Part shown: piece by piece, positions 1 through 10,157 of the stretch | Numbering within the stretch: position 1 is the first letter of the stretch | Layout: every line of letters starts with the position of its first letter | NCBI GenBank assembly: GCA_902617645.1 | Contig: CACMXM010000001.1 | Coordinates: forward strand, 14,187 to 78,186 | Direction: 5' to 3' | DNA from: an uncultured Pelagibacteraceae bacterium | GTDB taxonomy: Bacteria; Pseudomonadota; Alphaproteobacteria; Pelagibacterales; Pelagibacteraceae | Length of the DNA stretch: 64,000 nt | The notes under the pieces: generated by a model | What the model was told of the DNA's origin: nothing | What the model saw: the letters and a program-made list of their open reading frames with translations, nothing else | Database searches by the model: none | Position numbers and translations under genes: made by a program

Positions 1-541
1 ACATTCTCACAGCCTCTGAAAAATTTTTTGCTCCATCCGGACGGATCATAAATTCTTGTATTCTTAATTTATTATTTGCATGTGCACCCCCATTAATTAT
101 ATTCATCATTGGAAAAGGAAGTTTGAAGTTTTTTTTAATTATAAAGTTTTTATAAAGTGGAATTTTTTTAATTTTTGATGAGAGTTTTTTTACAGCCATT
201 GATACAGCTAAAATTGCATTTGCCCCAATTTTTGTTTTATGTTTAGTGCCGTCTAAATTAATTAAAATTGAATCGATAAGTTCTTGATTATGAACATTTT
301 TATTTAATAATTTTTTTGATATTTTTGAATTAATGTATTTGACAGGGCCAAAAACACTCTTTCCAAAATATCTTTTATTTTTTTTATCTCTTTTCTCATG
401 CGCCTCATAAGAACCCGTTGATGCACCGGATGGACAAATTGCGCTTGAACTTTTTTCATAGCTGAAAACTTCTGCTTCGATGGTTGGGTTTCCTCTACTA
501 TCAAATACCTGTCTTGCTATAACTCTGGTAATTTTACTCAT
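1..541 (-). CDS. eno: Enolase, 5' part (runs off the window start)
   Basis: Not in the ORF track. My translation from ATG at 541 (ATGA overlap with the kdsA stop) gives MSKITRVIARQVFDSRGNPTIEAEV...PSGASTG...GANAILAVS...PMMNIINGGAHA...QEFMI, which are enolase signatures. The frame is open to the window edge. Confidence 0.97.
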   Translation of the reverse strand, partial: MSKITRVIARQVFDSRGNPTIEAEVFSYEKSSSAICPSGASTGSYEAHEKRDKKNKRYFGKSVFGPVKYINSKISKKLLNKNVHNQELIDSILINLDGTKHKTKIGANAILAVSMAVKKLSSKIKKIPLYKNFIIKKNFKLPFPMMNIINGGAHANNKLRIQEFMIRPDGAKNFSEAVRM

Positions 542-1365
542 TTAATTTTTACAAGCTTATCTATTTCATATAATTGATTTAATAATTGTTCTAATTTATT
601 AATTGGTAACATATTTGGCCCATCCGAAGGTGCATTATCTGGATCTTGATGCGTTTCGATAAAAACGCCTGCAACACCAACTGCTACAGCTGCTCTAGCT
701 AAATACTCCACAAATTCTCTTTGACCACCACTTTTATCACCCATCCCACCAGGTTGTTGTACAGAATGAGTAGCATCAAATATTACAGGATATCCAAGTT
801 TAGACATTATTGGTAATGATCTCATATCTGATACTAGAGTATTGTAACCAAAGCTTGCTCCTCTCTCTGTAACCAAAATATTATTATTTCCAGATTCAGA
901 AATTTTTTTTGTCACATTTGCCATATCCCATGGTGCTAAAAATTGACCTTTTTTAACATTGATTATTTTTTTTGTTTTTGCAGCAGCAATTAATAAGTCA
1001 GTTTGTCTACATAGAAATGCTGGAATCTGCAAAATATCTACATGATTTGATACAGCCAAGCATTGCTCCTCGTTATGAATATCCGTTAAAACAGGAACTT
1101 TTAAATCTTTTTTAATTTTATCAAAAACCGGTAAAGACTTTTCTAATCCTGCACCTCTTTTACCTTTTAAACTTGTTCGATTGGCTTTATCAAACGACGT
1201 TTTGTAAATAAAACCAATACTAAATTTATCTGCTATTTCTTTTATTTTTCCAGCCATATCCATTGAATGTTGTTCGGATTCTAATTGGCATGGACCCGCA
1301 ATTAAAGTGAATGTATCTTTATTTGAGATTTTTATTCCATTACAATTAATTATTTTATTTTCCAT
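538..1365 (-). CDS. kdsA: KDO-8-phosphate synthase
   Basis: Motifs IAGPC, SFDKANRTS, QIPAFLCRQTDL, NVKKGQF and DATHSVQ; pyrG-kdsA-eno synteny. Confidence 0.98.
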   Translation of the reverse strand: MENKIINCNGIKISNKDTFTLIAGPCQLESEQHSMDMAGKIKEIADKFSIGFIYKTSFDKANRTSLKGKRGAGLEKSLPVFDKIKKDLKVPVLTDIHNEEQCLAVSNHVDILQIPAFLCRQTDLLIAAAKTKKIINVKKGQFLAPWDMANVTKKISESGNNNILVTERGASFGYNTLVSDMRSLPIMSKLGYPVIFDATHSVQQPGGMGDKSGGQREFVEYLARAAVAVGVAGVFIETHQDPDNAPSDGPNMLPINKLEQLLNQLYEIDKLVKIK

Positions 1366-2978
1366 TATTTTGATTTAGCAGCCTTAATAAAGGAAGAGAA
1401 TAAAGGATGAGGGTTTAAAGGTCTAGATTTAAATTCTGGATGAAACTGAACACCGATAAACCATGGGTGATTCTTTAATTCGATTATTTCAGGTAAATTA
1501 TTGTTTGGCGACATTCCAGAAAAAATCATACCATTGGACTCAAACTTACTTTGCAAATGTTTATTAACCTCATATCTATGCCTGTGTCTTTCTTTAATAT
1601 TAGTTGAATTGTATATTTTTTTTACTAGGGAATTATGTCTTAATTTTGCTTCATAAAGACCTAGTCTCATAGTACCACCTAATTCTTTATTAGTACCTTT
1701 AATTATTTTCCCATCTTTATCCCATTCATTCATCAGACCAATAACCGGAAAGCATTTTTTATCTAACTCGGATGATCCTGCATGCTTAATATTCAGTTTA
1801 TTTCTAGCAAATTCAATAACAGCCATTTGCATACCAAAACATATTCCAAAGAAAGGAATTTTATTTCTTCTAGCAAAATTAATTGCTGCTATTTTGCCCT
1901 CTGTACCCCTTTTTCCAAAACCACCTGGTATTAGAATACCTGACACATTTTTAAGTAATTTCTTAACATCTTGTTTCTTTAAATTATCAGACTCAATTCT
2001 TAGTAGATTTACTTTTACTTTATTAAAAATTCCACCATGAATTAAAGCTTCATCTAAAGATTTATAAGCATCTTTTAAATTAACGTATTTTCCAATAATC
2101 GCTATATTCACTTGTTTTTTTGAATTTAAAACAGTATCAGTTATTTTTTTCCACGGTGTTAAATTTGCATTTTTTTTTGGTCTAATATTAAAATATTTTA
2201 AAACTTGTCTATTTAATTTTTCTTTGTGAAAACTTATTGGTGCTTCATAAATTGTTCTTACATCAACAGTTTCAATCACATTATCTATTGGCACATTGCA
2301 AAATAAAGATATTTTTTTTCTTTGGTCTATCGGAATAGATTTTTGTGATCTACATATCACTATATCTGGTTGAATACCCAAACTTCTAAGCTCCTTAACT
2401 GAATGTTGCGTTGGTTTGGTTTTAATTTCATCAGATGATTTTAAAAAAGGAACAAGTGTCAGATGTATAAATAAACTTCTTTTTTTTCCCACATCATTTG
2501 CAAATTGTCTTATGGCTTCGACAAAAGGTAAACTCTCAATATCCCCTACGGTTCCACCTATTTCACAAATTACAAAATCTTCATTAGTTATATCACCTTT
2601 AATAAATTCTTTAATTCTATCAGTTACATGAGGTATCACTTGTACAGTTTTACCTAGGTACTTGCCTGTTCTTTCTTTTTTAATTATATCGCTGTAAATT
2701 TTTCCTGTAGTTATATTGTCTGTTTTTTTTGCAGAAATATTTGAGAATCTTTCGTAATGGCCTAAATCTAAATCTGTCTCTGCGCCATCGTCAGTGACAA
2801 AAACTTCACCATGTTGAAATGGGCTCATTGTACCAGGATCTACATTTAAGTAAGGGTCCATTTTTCTCAGTCTTACCTTATAGCCTTGAGACTTAAGTAA
2901 ATAAGCTAATGATGCTGAAGATAAACCTTTTCCTAAAGATGAGACCACGCCGCCAGTAACGAATATATATCGCGCCAT
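1365..2978 (-). CDS. pyrG: CTP synthase
   Basis: Motifs YIFVTGGVVSSLGKG, DPYLNVDPGTMSPFQHGEV, and glutaminase GICFG and QFHPE. Confidence 0.99.
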   Translation of the reverse strand: MARYIFVTGGVVSSLGKGLSSASLAYLLKSQGYKVRLRKMDPYLNVDPGTMSPFQHGEVFVTDDGAETDLDLGHYERFSNISAKKTDNITTGKIYSDIIKKERTGKYLGKTVQVIPHVTDRIKEFIKGDITNEDFVICEIGGTVGDIESLPFVEAIRQFANDVGKKRSLFIHLTLVPFLKSSDEIKTKPTQHSVKELRSLGIQPDIVICRSQKSIPIDQRKKISLFCNVPIDNVIETVDVRTIYEAPISFHKEKLNRQVLKYFNIRPKKNANLTPWKKITDTVLNSKKQVNIAIIGKYVNLKDAYKSLDEALIHGGIFNKVKVNLLRIESDNLKKQDVKKLLKNVSGILIPGGFGKRGTEGKIAAINFARRNKIPFFGICFGMQMAVIEFARNKLNIKHAGSSELDKKCFPVIGLMNEWDKDGKIIKGTNKELGGTMRLGLYEAKLRHNSLVKKIYNSTNIKERHRHRYEVNKHLQSKFESNGMIFSGMSPNNNLPEIIELKNHPWFIGVQFHPEFKSRPLNPHPLFSSFIKAAKSK

Positions 2979-3018
2979 GGAATTATGTTATAGCGAATTA
3001 TTTTAAAAATGAAAATAC

Positions 3019-3321
3019 TTAATTATTATTTTCAGGAATTTTTGGAACTTCTCCTGAATTTTGCTCCATTTTATCAATCACTGACGACTCTGTCTCAAGA
3101 TCGCCCCTCGATATGATTGTTAATGAAAGACTGCAAATTATAAACAAAGTAGCAATTATAGCCGTTGCTTTTGTCATAAAATCACCTGCTGTTCTAGAAA
3201 ACATAAAACTTTCTTGAGAAACACCAATTCCTAGCGCTCCTCCCTCAGATTTCTGCAATAAAACGATTATTACCAATATTACAGCTAATATCACATTTAT
3301 CACTAATAGAATATTTTCCAT
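3019..3321 (-). CDS. secG: Preprotein translocase subunit SecG
   Basis: Two hydrophobic helices flanking LLQKSEGGALG; tpiA-secG-pyrG synteny. Confidence 0.95.
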   Translation of the reverse strand: MENILLVINVILAVILVIIVLLQKSEGGALGIGVSQESFMFSRTAGDFMTKATAIIATLFIICSLSLTIISRGDLETESSVIDKMEQNSGEVPKIPENNN

Positions 3322-3326
3322 GAGAA

Positions 3327-4082
3327 TTAATTAAACGTTTTTTTTATTATATCAATAAATATATTGCTATTTTGAGATGCACCACCAATTAAAAATCCAT
3401 CAAGATTTGTTATATTTTTTAAAAGATTTACATTCTTTTGATTAACAGATCCACCATATAAAACTTTTGGATTTTTATATTTCATTTTATTACTTAGAAA
3501 TAATTTTATTATCCTAGTGGTATTTTCTAAGTCCTCTATTTTTGGAATCATGCCTGAACCTATAGACCAAACTGGCTCATAGGCGATTATTATATTTTTT
3601 TTATTTTTTATTTTTTTAAGGCCTTTGCTTAACTGACTTAGTAAGGTTTTTTTTGTTAATTTTTTCTTTTTTTGTCCAAATGTTTCACCAATGCAAAAAA
3701 TTACTTTTAAATTATTTTGAAGTGCAGAGATAATTTTTCTGTTAATGATATTATCGGTTTCACCTTTGGCTCTTTTTTCGGAGTGTCCTAATATAACGTA
3801 TTCACATTTTAAAGATTTTATCATCATTGCATTTATAGATCCAGTGGGTGGACCATAGTTAGACCCAAAGCTACAATTTTGTGCTCCAGTCTTAATGGTG
3901 GTATTTTTCAATTTTTGTATAAAAGGATGTATCAATGTGAAGGGAGGACAGTAAATGATTTTTAAATTTTTCGCTTTTTTATTTTTTTTCTTGAATTTGA
4001 TAACTTTATTTAATGAATTAAGGCTATTTAAATGGCCAAACATTTTCCAATTAGCAACAAAATATCTTAATTTATTTGTCAT
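3327..4082 (-). CDS. tpiA: Triosephosphate isomerase
   Basis: Motifs ANWKM, LGHSE, AYEPVWSIG, LYGGSV and DGFLIGGAS. Confidence 0.97.
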   Translation of the reverse strand: MTNKLRYFVANWKMFGHLNSLNSLNKVIKFKKKNKKAKNLKIIYCPPFTLIHPFIQKLKNTTIKTGAQNCSFGSNYGPPTGSINAMMIKSLKCEYVILGHSEKRAKGETDNIINRKIISALQNNLKVIFCIGETFGQKKKKLTKKTLLSQLSKGLKKIKNKKNIIIAYEPVWSIGSGMIPKIEDLENTTRIIKLFLSNKMKYKNPKVLYGGSVNQKNVNLLKNITNLDGFLIGGASQNSNIFIDIIKKTFN

Positions 4083-4139
4083 ATTTAATTATTTAATCTA
4101 TAGGTTTGTCGTTTATAGTTCAATAATTTATAAAAAAAG

Positions 4140-5567
4140 ATGTTAAATAGTATTAGAAATTTTTCAAAAACGATAACTGCAAAAATATTCTTATTTATAG
4201 TTGCAGTGCCTTTTGTCTTTTGGGGTATGGGTGATGTATTTACGAGTGGAAATACAAATTCTTTAGCAAAAATAAATAATGAAAATATATCAACAGAGGA
4301 TTTTATTGATCATATAAATGAATTAAATATTAATCAAAACTTAATAAAGGATAGATTAGAAGATAATATTTTGGAGGAAGTACTAAGCAGATTAATATCA
4401 AATAAGTTAATTGAACTTGAAATAAAAGAAGCAAATTTAGTTATATCTGACAAAATTCTAGCAGAAAAAATAAAAACAAACTCAAATTTTTTAGATGAAA
4501 ATTTAAATTTTTCTAGAACAAAATATGAAAAATTTTTACTTTCGAACAATCTTACAGCAAGTCGGTTTGAGAAAAATTTTAAAGAAAATGAATTTCAGGA
4601 AGAACTATTTAATTATTTAGGTGGAGGAATTAAATCACCTAATTTTTTAGTAAATAATTCCTATGAAGACGAAACTAAAAAAATTAACATAGAATTTATT
4701 AATCTTGAAAATATTTATTCAAAAAAAGAAAATATCAATAATGATGATGTTAAAAATTATATTAATAAAAATAAAGAAAAACTTAAAAAGGATTACATAG
4801 ATTTTTCTTATTCAAAAGTAACTCCAAAAGATTTGATAGGTCTAGACGAATATAATGATGAATTTTTTACAAAAATAGATGAAATAGAAAGTAAATTATT
4901 AAATAATGTAAGTTTTAAAGATACAATTCAAACATATGATTTGAAAAGTATATCAAAAAATAGCTTTATTCCGCAATCTGATAAAGAAACAATTGAAACT
5001 AAAATTTATAATCTTAGAAACAATGAAAAGTCTGGTGTTATTGACGAAAGCGATTTTTTTGCAATTTATGAAATTACAAAAATTGAAAATAAAATTCCAA
5101 ACGTAGACGATAGTAATTTTGTAAACCAGGTCAAACAATTTATATTTAATCAGAATAAATTTGAATTTAATAAAGAAATCTTAAAAAAAATTAATGATAA
5201 TAATTTTTTTAATACTGATTTTAATAAATTAGTCTCAGGAAAAAACAAAATTGAGAAAATGCTAATTAAATCAAAGAATGATGTAGAAAAATTTAGCTCA
5301 GAATCTCTAGAAGTCATTTACTCTCTTCCAATTAAAAGCTTCGCATTGGTTGCAGACAATGAGAAAAATGTTTATTTAGTAAAAATTCTAAATCATAAAG
5401 TAGATAAAATCCTTGATAATGATGAACTTAAAAATATTTATTATATTGAAGCAAATAATTTAATAAAAGATAAAATATTTCAAACTTATGATGTTTATTT
5501 AAATTCTAAATATACAATCAAAATAAACGAAAAAACTCTTGAAAGAGTAAAAAACTATTTTAGATAA
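4140..5567 (+). CDS. ppiD: PpiD-like periplasmic chaperone (SurA N-terminal domain), PPIase domain apparently degenerate
   Basis: N-terminal membrane anchor ending FVFWGMG, then a SurA_N-like region. It sits divergent from tpiA and upstream of trpE, as is usual in alphaproteobacteria. Confidence 0.8.
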   Translation: MLNSIRNFSKTITAKIFLFIVAVPFVFWGMGDVFTSGNTNSLAKINNENISTEDFIDHINELNINQNLIKDRLEDNILEEVLSRLISNKLIELEIKEANLVISDKILAEKIKTNSNFLDENLNFSRTKYEKFLLSNNLTASRFEKNFKENEFQEELFNYLGGGIKSPNFLVNNSYEDETKKINIEFINLENIYSKKENINNDDVKNYINKNKEKLKKDYIDFSYSKVTPKDLIGLDEYNDEFFTKIDEIESKLLNNVSFKDTIQTYDLKSISKNSFIPQSDKETIETKIYNLRNNEKSGVIDESDFFAIYEITKIENKIPNVDDSNFVNQVKQFIFNQNKFEFNKEILKKINDNNFFNTDFNKLVSGKNKIEKMLIKSKNDVEKFSSESLEVIYSLPIKSFALVADNEKNVYLVKILNHKVDKILDNDELKNIYYIEANNLIKDKIFQTYDVYLNSKYTIKINEKTLERVKNYFR

Positions 5568-7021
5568 TGTTAAACAGAAGCTATAAACAATTTAAGTTTC
5601 TACATCAAAATAAGGTAAATCAAGTTTTATATTTAGAAAAAAAATTAAATGATAATAATCAAATATTAAATCTTATCGACAATTTTTTAAATGAAAAGAA
5701 TAGTTTTATATTTGAGTCAGTTGAAAAAGGGGCAAAAGGAAGATATACAATTTTTGGTAAAAAACCTGATAAAATTTGGGAATTTAATAATAATAAATCT
5801 TTCAAAATTCAGAATAAAAAAAAAATTCCTATAAAAGGTAAACCAAGGAATATTATTGGAGATATTTTAGAAAATTTTAAATTTAAAACTCCGACAAAAC
5901 TTCCTCCAATTTGCTCATTAATTTCTGGGTATTTTTCATACGATACGATCAGATACGTAGAAAAAATCCCAAATAACTGTAAAGACGATTTAAAAATGCC
6001 TGATGTAAGACTTCTAAGACCAACAGTTTTAATAATACACGATAATCTAAAAAAGAAAATTTTTTACATAGTTAATGTGTTCAAAGACCAAAGTATCCAA
6101 AATTATAAAAAAAAGTACGACGATATTAAAAACCAAATTAACTTTATGATTCACCAATCTAAATTAAGTTTGAATCTCCCTTATAGATCTAAAAATGAGA
6201 AAAAAATAAAAGTACATTCTAATACCACTAAATCTCAGTATTTAAATATGGTAAAAAAGGCTAAAAAATTTATTAAGATTGGAGATATTTTTCAAGTTGT
6301 ACTTAGTCAGAGATTTGAGGCAAAACTTACAAAAAAGCCTATAGATATTTACAAAAAACTAAGAATATCAAATCCTTCACCTTTTATGTTTTTTTTTAAC
6401 TTTAATGACTTTCAAATTATAGGTGCTAGCCCCGAAATTTTAGTTAGATTACGTAAAAACATAATTACTATTAGACCAATTGCTGGGACACGCCCTAGAG
6501 GAAAAACAAAGAAACAAGATAATTTTTATAAAAAAGATCTGCTAAAGGATAAGAAAGAACTCGCTGAGCATTTAATGTTGTTAGATTTAGGAAGAAATGA
6601 TGTTGGTAAAGTAGCTAAAATTAATACTGTGAAAGTAACTGAAAAATTTTTAATTGAAAAATATTCTCATGTTATGCATATTGTTTCAAATGTTGTAGGA
6701 ATTCATAATAAAAGCCTCTCAAAATTAAATTCACTCTTAGCCGGATTTCCAGCCGGAACAGTCTCTGGGGCTCCAAAGATTAGAGCAATGGAAATTATTG
6801 ATGAATTAGAAAAATCAAAAAGAAAAGTTTATGCTGGTGGTATTGGATATTTTTCTTCAAATGGTGATTTTGATACTTGTATAGCTTTAAGAACAGCAGT
6901 CACAAAAAAAAATAAATTTTATGTTCAAGCAGGCGCAGGAATTGTTGCTGATAGTAAACCGAATAATGAATATAAGGAAACGGTAAATAAAGCAAAAGCA
7001 TTAATTAGTGCATTAAAATAA
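5567..7021 (+). CDS. trpE: Anthranilate synthase component I
   Basis: Motifs GDIFQVVLSQR, NPSPFM, ASPE, PIAGTRPRG, EHLMLLDLGRND and FPAGTVSGAPKIRAM. Confidence 0.97.
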   Translation: MLNRSYKQFKFLHQNKVNQVLYLEKKLNDNNQILNLIDNFLNEKNSFIFESVEKGAKGRYTIFGKKPDKIWEFNNNKSFKIQNKKKIPIKGKPRNIIGDILENFKFKTPTKLPPICSLISGYFSYDTIRYVEKIPNNCKDDLKMPDVRLLRPTVLIIHDNLKKKIFYIVNVFKDQSIQNYKKKYDDIKNQINFMIHQSKLSLNLPYRSKNEKKIKVHSNTTKSQYLNMVKKAKKFIKIGDIFQVVLSQRFEAKLTKKPIDIYKKLRISNPSPFMFFFNFNDFQIIGASPEILVRLRKNIITIRPIAGTRPRGKTKKQDNFYKKDLLKDKKELAEHLMLLDLGRNDVGKVAKINTVKVTEKFLIEKYSHVMHIVSNVVGIHNKSLSKLNSLLAGFPAGTVSGAPKIRAMEIIDELEKSKRKVYAGGIGYFSSNGDFDTCIALRTAVTKKNKFYVQAGAGIVADSKPNNEYKETVNKAKALISALK

Positions 7022-7590
7022 TGAAAATAATATTAATTGATAATTATGATAGTTTTACCTTCAATTTATTTCACTATTTGTCCTCTTTAAAAATTAATGT
7101 TGATGTAATTAGAAATGATAAGATTAATGCAAATCAAATATTGAAAAAAAAATATAACGGTATAGTTATTTCTCCTGGTCCTGGTAATCCAAATCAGGCT
7201 GGAAATTGTATAAATATAGTAAAGTCTCTTTATAAGAAAATTCCAATTTTTGGAGTATGTTTGGGTCATCAGATAATTGGTCAAGTATTTGGATCAAGAA
7301 TAATCCAAGCAAAAAAACTTATGCATGGGAAAACTAGTGAAATATTATCAAATAAGATAGGTGTTTTAAAAAATTTACCTAGAAAATTTGAAGCTACTAG
7401 ATATCATAGTTTAATAATTGATAAAAAAACCTTATCAAAAGATCTTTTAATAACTGCTGAAACTAAAGATGGTCTTATAATGGGTATTAAACACAAAAAG
7501 TATAATGTGCATGGTGTACAATTTCATCCAGAAAGCATTAAAACCAAATTAGGAATTAAAATTTTAAAAAATTTTGTTAAATTTAAATAA
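7021..7590 (+). CDS. trpG: Anthranilate synthase component II (glutamine amidotransferase)
   Basis: Motifs IDNYDSFT, SPGPG, GVCLGHQ, RYHSL and QFHPES. Confidence 0.97.
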   Translation: MKIILIDNYDSFTFNLFHYLSSLKINVDVIRNDKINANQILKKKYNGIVISPGPGNPNQAGNCINIVKSLYKKIPIFGVCLGHQIIGQVFGSRIIQAKKLMHGKTSEILSNKIGVLKNLPRKFEATRYHSLIIDKKTLSKDLLITAETKDGLIMGIKHKKYNVHGVQFHPESIKTKLGIKILKNFVKFK

Positions 7591-7592
7591 TA

Positions 7593-8585
7593 ATGAAAAG
7601 TTATATTGAAAAAATTCAAAATAAACAAAGTCTTACATTTGATGAAAGTAAGTCTGCTTTTAAAATATTGATGGAAGGTAAAGCTGATGAAAATGAAATT
7701 TTTGATTTTTTGACCGGATTGTCATCAAAGGGTGAAACATCTGATGAAATTGCTGGTGGCGTTTACGTATTGAGGAATAAATCAAAAAGGGTAAATATCA
7801 AAAATTGTATAGATACATGCGGTACAGGTGGTGATGGTATGAATACTCTCAATATTTCAACAGCTTCTGCAATTCTTTTGGCAAGCCTAAATGTAAAGGT
7901 TGCTAAACACGGAAATAAGGCAGTCTCATCCAAATGTGGATCGGGCGATGTATTAGAGGCTTTAAATATAAATATAAATCTTGAACCAGATAATGTTGAA
8001 GAACAAATAAATAAAAATAATTTTGGTTTTATGTTCGCGCCTAATTATCATAGTGCAATGAGATTTGTGGGTCCTACAAGAAAAAAAATTGGAAAAAGAA
8101 CGATATTTAATATGATTGGCCCATTAAGTAGTCCTGCTTTAGTAGATAGACAAGTTGTAGGTGTTTTTGATAAAAAATTATTAAATATTTTTGCAAATGC
8201 CTTACAAAATTTAAAATTAAAGTTTGCTTGGATTGTAAATAGCGAGGATGGTCTAGATGAAATCTCACCATATGCAAAAACAAATGTAGTGCAACTTAAA
8301 GATGGTGAAATTTCAGAAATTGTAATAAATCCTTATGATTTAAATGTGAATGCTGATAATTTCAAAAATCTTGTTGGTCAAGATTCAAAATTTAACTCTG
8401 AAAAAATTATTGAAGTATTTAAAGGTAAAGATAATGATTTCTCTAAAGCTGTATGTTTAAATGCAGCTGCTGGATTAATAGTTTCAGGAAAATATGAAGA
8501 TTATGGAAAAGCATATAATGCCGCTAGGGATTTTATTAAATCAGGTTCTGTACATGATCATTTAACCAAAATACAAAATGGCTGA
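7593..8585 (+). CDS. trpD: Anthranilate phosphoribosyltransferase
   Basis: Motifs DTCGTGGDG, NISTA, KHGNKAVSSKCGS, RTIFNMIGPL and DGLDEI. Confidence 0.98.
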   Translation: MKSYIEKIQNKQSLTFDESKSAFKILMEGKADENEIFDFLTGLSSKGETSDEIAGGVYVLRNKSKRVNIKNCIDTCGTGGDGMNTLNISTASAILLASLNVKVAKHGNKAVSSKCGSGDVLEALNININLEPDNVEEQINKNNFGFMFAPNYHSAMRFVGPTRKKIGKRTIFNMIGPLSSPALVDRQVVGVFDKKLLNIFANALQNLKLKFAWIVNSEDGLDEISPYAKTNVVQLKDGEISEIVINPYDLNVNADNFKNLVGQDSKFNSEKIIEVFKGKDNDFSKAVCLNAAAGLIVSGKYEDYGKAYNAARDFIKSGSVHDHLTKIQNG

Positions 8586-9369
8586 AAATATTCTTGAAAA
8601 AATAATAAAAAGGAAAAATATTAATATAGAGAAATTAAAAAAAACTCTAGATCAAAATAATTTAAAAGATCTGATTGAAAAAAATACATCTTTTATAGAT
8701 TTTAAAAATAAAATTAATCAAAATATAAAAAATAATAAAATTTCAATAATTGCTGAAATTAAAAAAGCAAGTCCTTCAGCCGGTGTTATAATTGAAGATT
8801 ACAATCCTTTAGAAATAGCAAATATATATCATAAAAATAATGTAACATGTTTATCTGTCTTAACTGAAGAAGAATTTTTTTTAGGCAAATTAGATCATAT
8901 CCGCCAGATTAAACAAAAAATCAAACTGCCAGTTCTTTGTAAGGATTTCTTTGTTGATAAATTTCAAATCCCTCTTGCTAAAAGTTATGGCGCAGATGCT
9001 ATTTTAATTATTTTGGCTGGTGTAAAAGAAAATCTTGCTGATGAACTATATAATGAGGCTCTCAAACACAAAATGTCAATCATTGTAGAGGTTCATACGG
9101 TAGACGAGGCTAAAAAGGCATTAAAATTTGAAGATGCCCTAATAGGTATTAACAACAGAAATCTTAAAACCCTTGAAACAAACATTAATAAAACTTACGA
9201 TATTAATGAAGTTTTGGTAAACCATAAAGGACCACTTATTTCTGAAAGTGGTATTAAGAGCAAAGAAGAGCTATTAGATTTAAAAAGCAAAACTTCAATT
9301 AAAACTTTTTTAATTGGTGAATCACTTCTTAAAAATTTGGAAAATAATTCAATTTTTTCAGTTCTTTAG
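8578..9369 (+). CDS. trpC: Indole-3-glycerol-phosphate synthase
   Basis: Motifs IIAEIKKASPS, LSVLTE, KDF, GINNRNL and SESGI. Confidence 0.97.
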   Translation: MAENILEKIIKRKNINIEKLKKTLDQNNLKDLIEKNTSFIDFKNKINQNIKNNKISIIAEIKKASPSAGVIIEDYNPLEIANIYHKNNVTCLSVLTEEEFFLGKLDHIRQIKQKIKLPVLCKDFFVDKFQIPLAKSYGADAILIILAGVKENLADELYNEALKHKMSIIVEVHTVDEAKKALKFEDALIGINNRNLKTLETNINKTYDINEVLVNHKGPLISESGIKSKEELLDLKSKTSIKTFLIGESLLKNLENNSIFSVL

Positions 9370-9418
9370 TCAAATAACTCTTTGTTTTCTTAGTTTTTTT
9401 ACTGTTGTTTAATTATAA

Positions 9419-9455
9419 GAACTTTTATAGAACATTATTTGTACGATATTTGTTC
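9419..9455 (+). promoter_or_regulatory. LexA operator array (alphaproteobacterial SOS boxes)
   Basis: GAAC(9419)-N7-GAAC(9430)-N7-GTAC(9441)-N7-GTTC(9452), ending 2 nt before the lexA ATG. This matches the alphaproteobacterial GAAC-N7-GAAC / GTTC-N7-GTTC box. Confidence 0.85.
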
Positions 9456-9457
9456 TT

Positions 9458-10135
9458 ATGCTTACTAAAAAACAAAAAAATTTATTACTCTTTATCAACA
9501 AAAAGTTGAGATCATCTGGAATTTCACCATCTTATGAGGAAATGAAGGAATCTCTTAATTTAAAGTCTAAATCAGGAATACATAGATTAATCAGTGCTTT
9601 AGAGGAAAGAGGCTTTATAAAAAGGCTTGCTCACAAAGCAAGAGCATTAGAAGTTGTTAAATTGCCTGAAACTGCTTCTGCAAACGATATTTATAATAGC
9701 TTTTCACCAAGTGTAATAAAAGGTGGATTAGATGAAACAGCGAATAAAACAAATGACACAGAAATCCCTGTCTTAGGTAAAATTGCTGCTGGAACACCAG
9801 TTGAAGCAATACAGAACGAAGTAGCAAGAATTCCTTTGCCAGAAAATATAGAAAAAAAGGGTGAATATTTTGGATTGAAAGTTCAAGGTGATTCTATGAT
9901 TGAGGCAGGAATTAATGATGGTGATACAGTTGTTATAAAAAAAACAGATACAGCAGATAACGGAAAAATTGTAGTTGCTCTAATTGATGACCATGAAGCA
10001 ATGCTTAAGAGAATAAGACGAAAAGGCAAAACTATAGCCTTAGAGAGCGCGAATAGAAATTACGAGACTAAAATATTTGGCCCAGATAGGGTAAAAGTTC
10101 AGGGTGTGCTTGTATCTTTATATAGAAGTTTCTAA
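9458..10135 (+). CDS. lexA: SOS repressor LexA
   Basis: HTH region PSYEEM...SKSGIHRLISALEERG, Ala-Gly cleavage site IAAGTP, catalytic GDSM and LKR. Confidence 0.98.
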   Translation: MLTKKQKNLLLFINKKLRSSGISPSYEEMKESLNLKSKSGIHRLISALEERGFIKRLAHKARALEVVKLPETASANDIYNSFSPSVIKGGLDETANKTNDTEIPVLGKIAAGTPVEAIQNEVARIPLPENIEKKGEYFGLKVQGDSMIEAGINDGDTVVIKKTDTADNGKIVVALIDDHEAMLKRIRRKGKTIALESANRNYETKIFGPDRVKVQGVLVSLYRSF

Positions 10136-10157
10136 ATAAATAGTCTAAAAATCTTAA

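Noticed and set aside
304-504. 66-aa minus-strand ORF, or a possible frameshift in eno
   Set aside because: It is an alternative frame inside eno. Counting through the A-runs shows the enolase frame is continuous (…KRYFGKSVFGPV…), so there is no frameshift.
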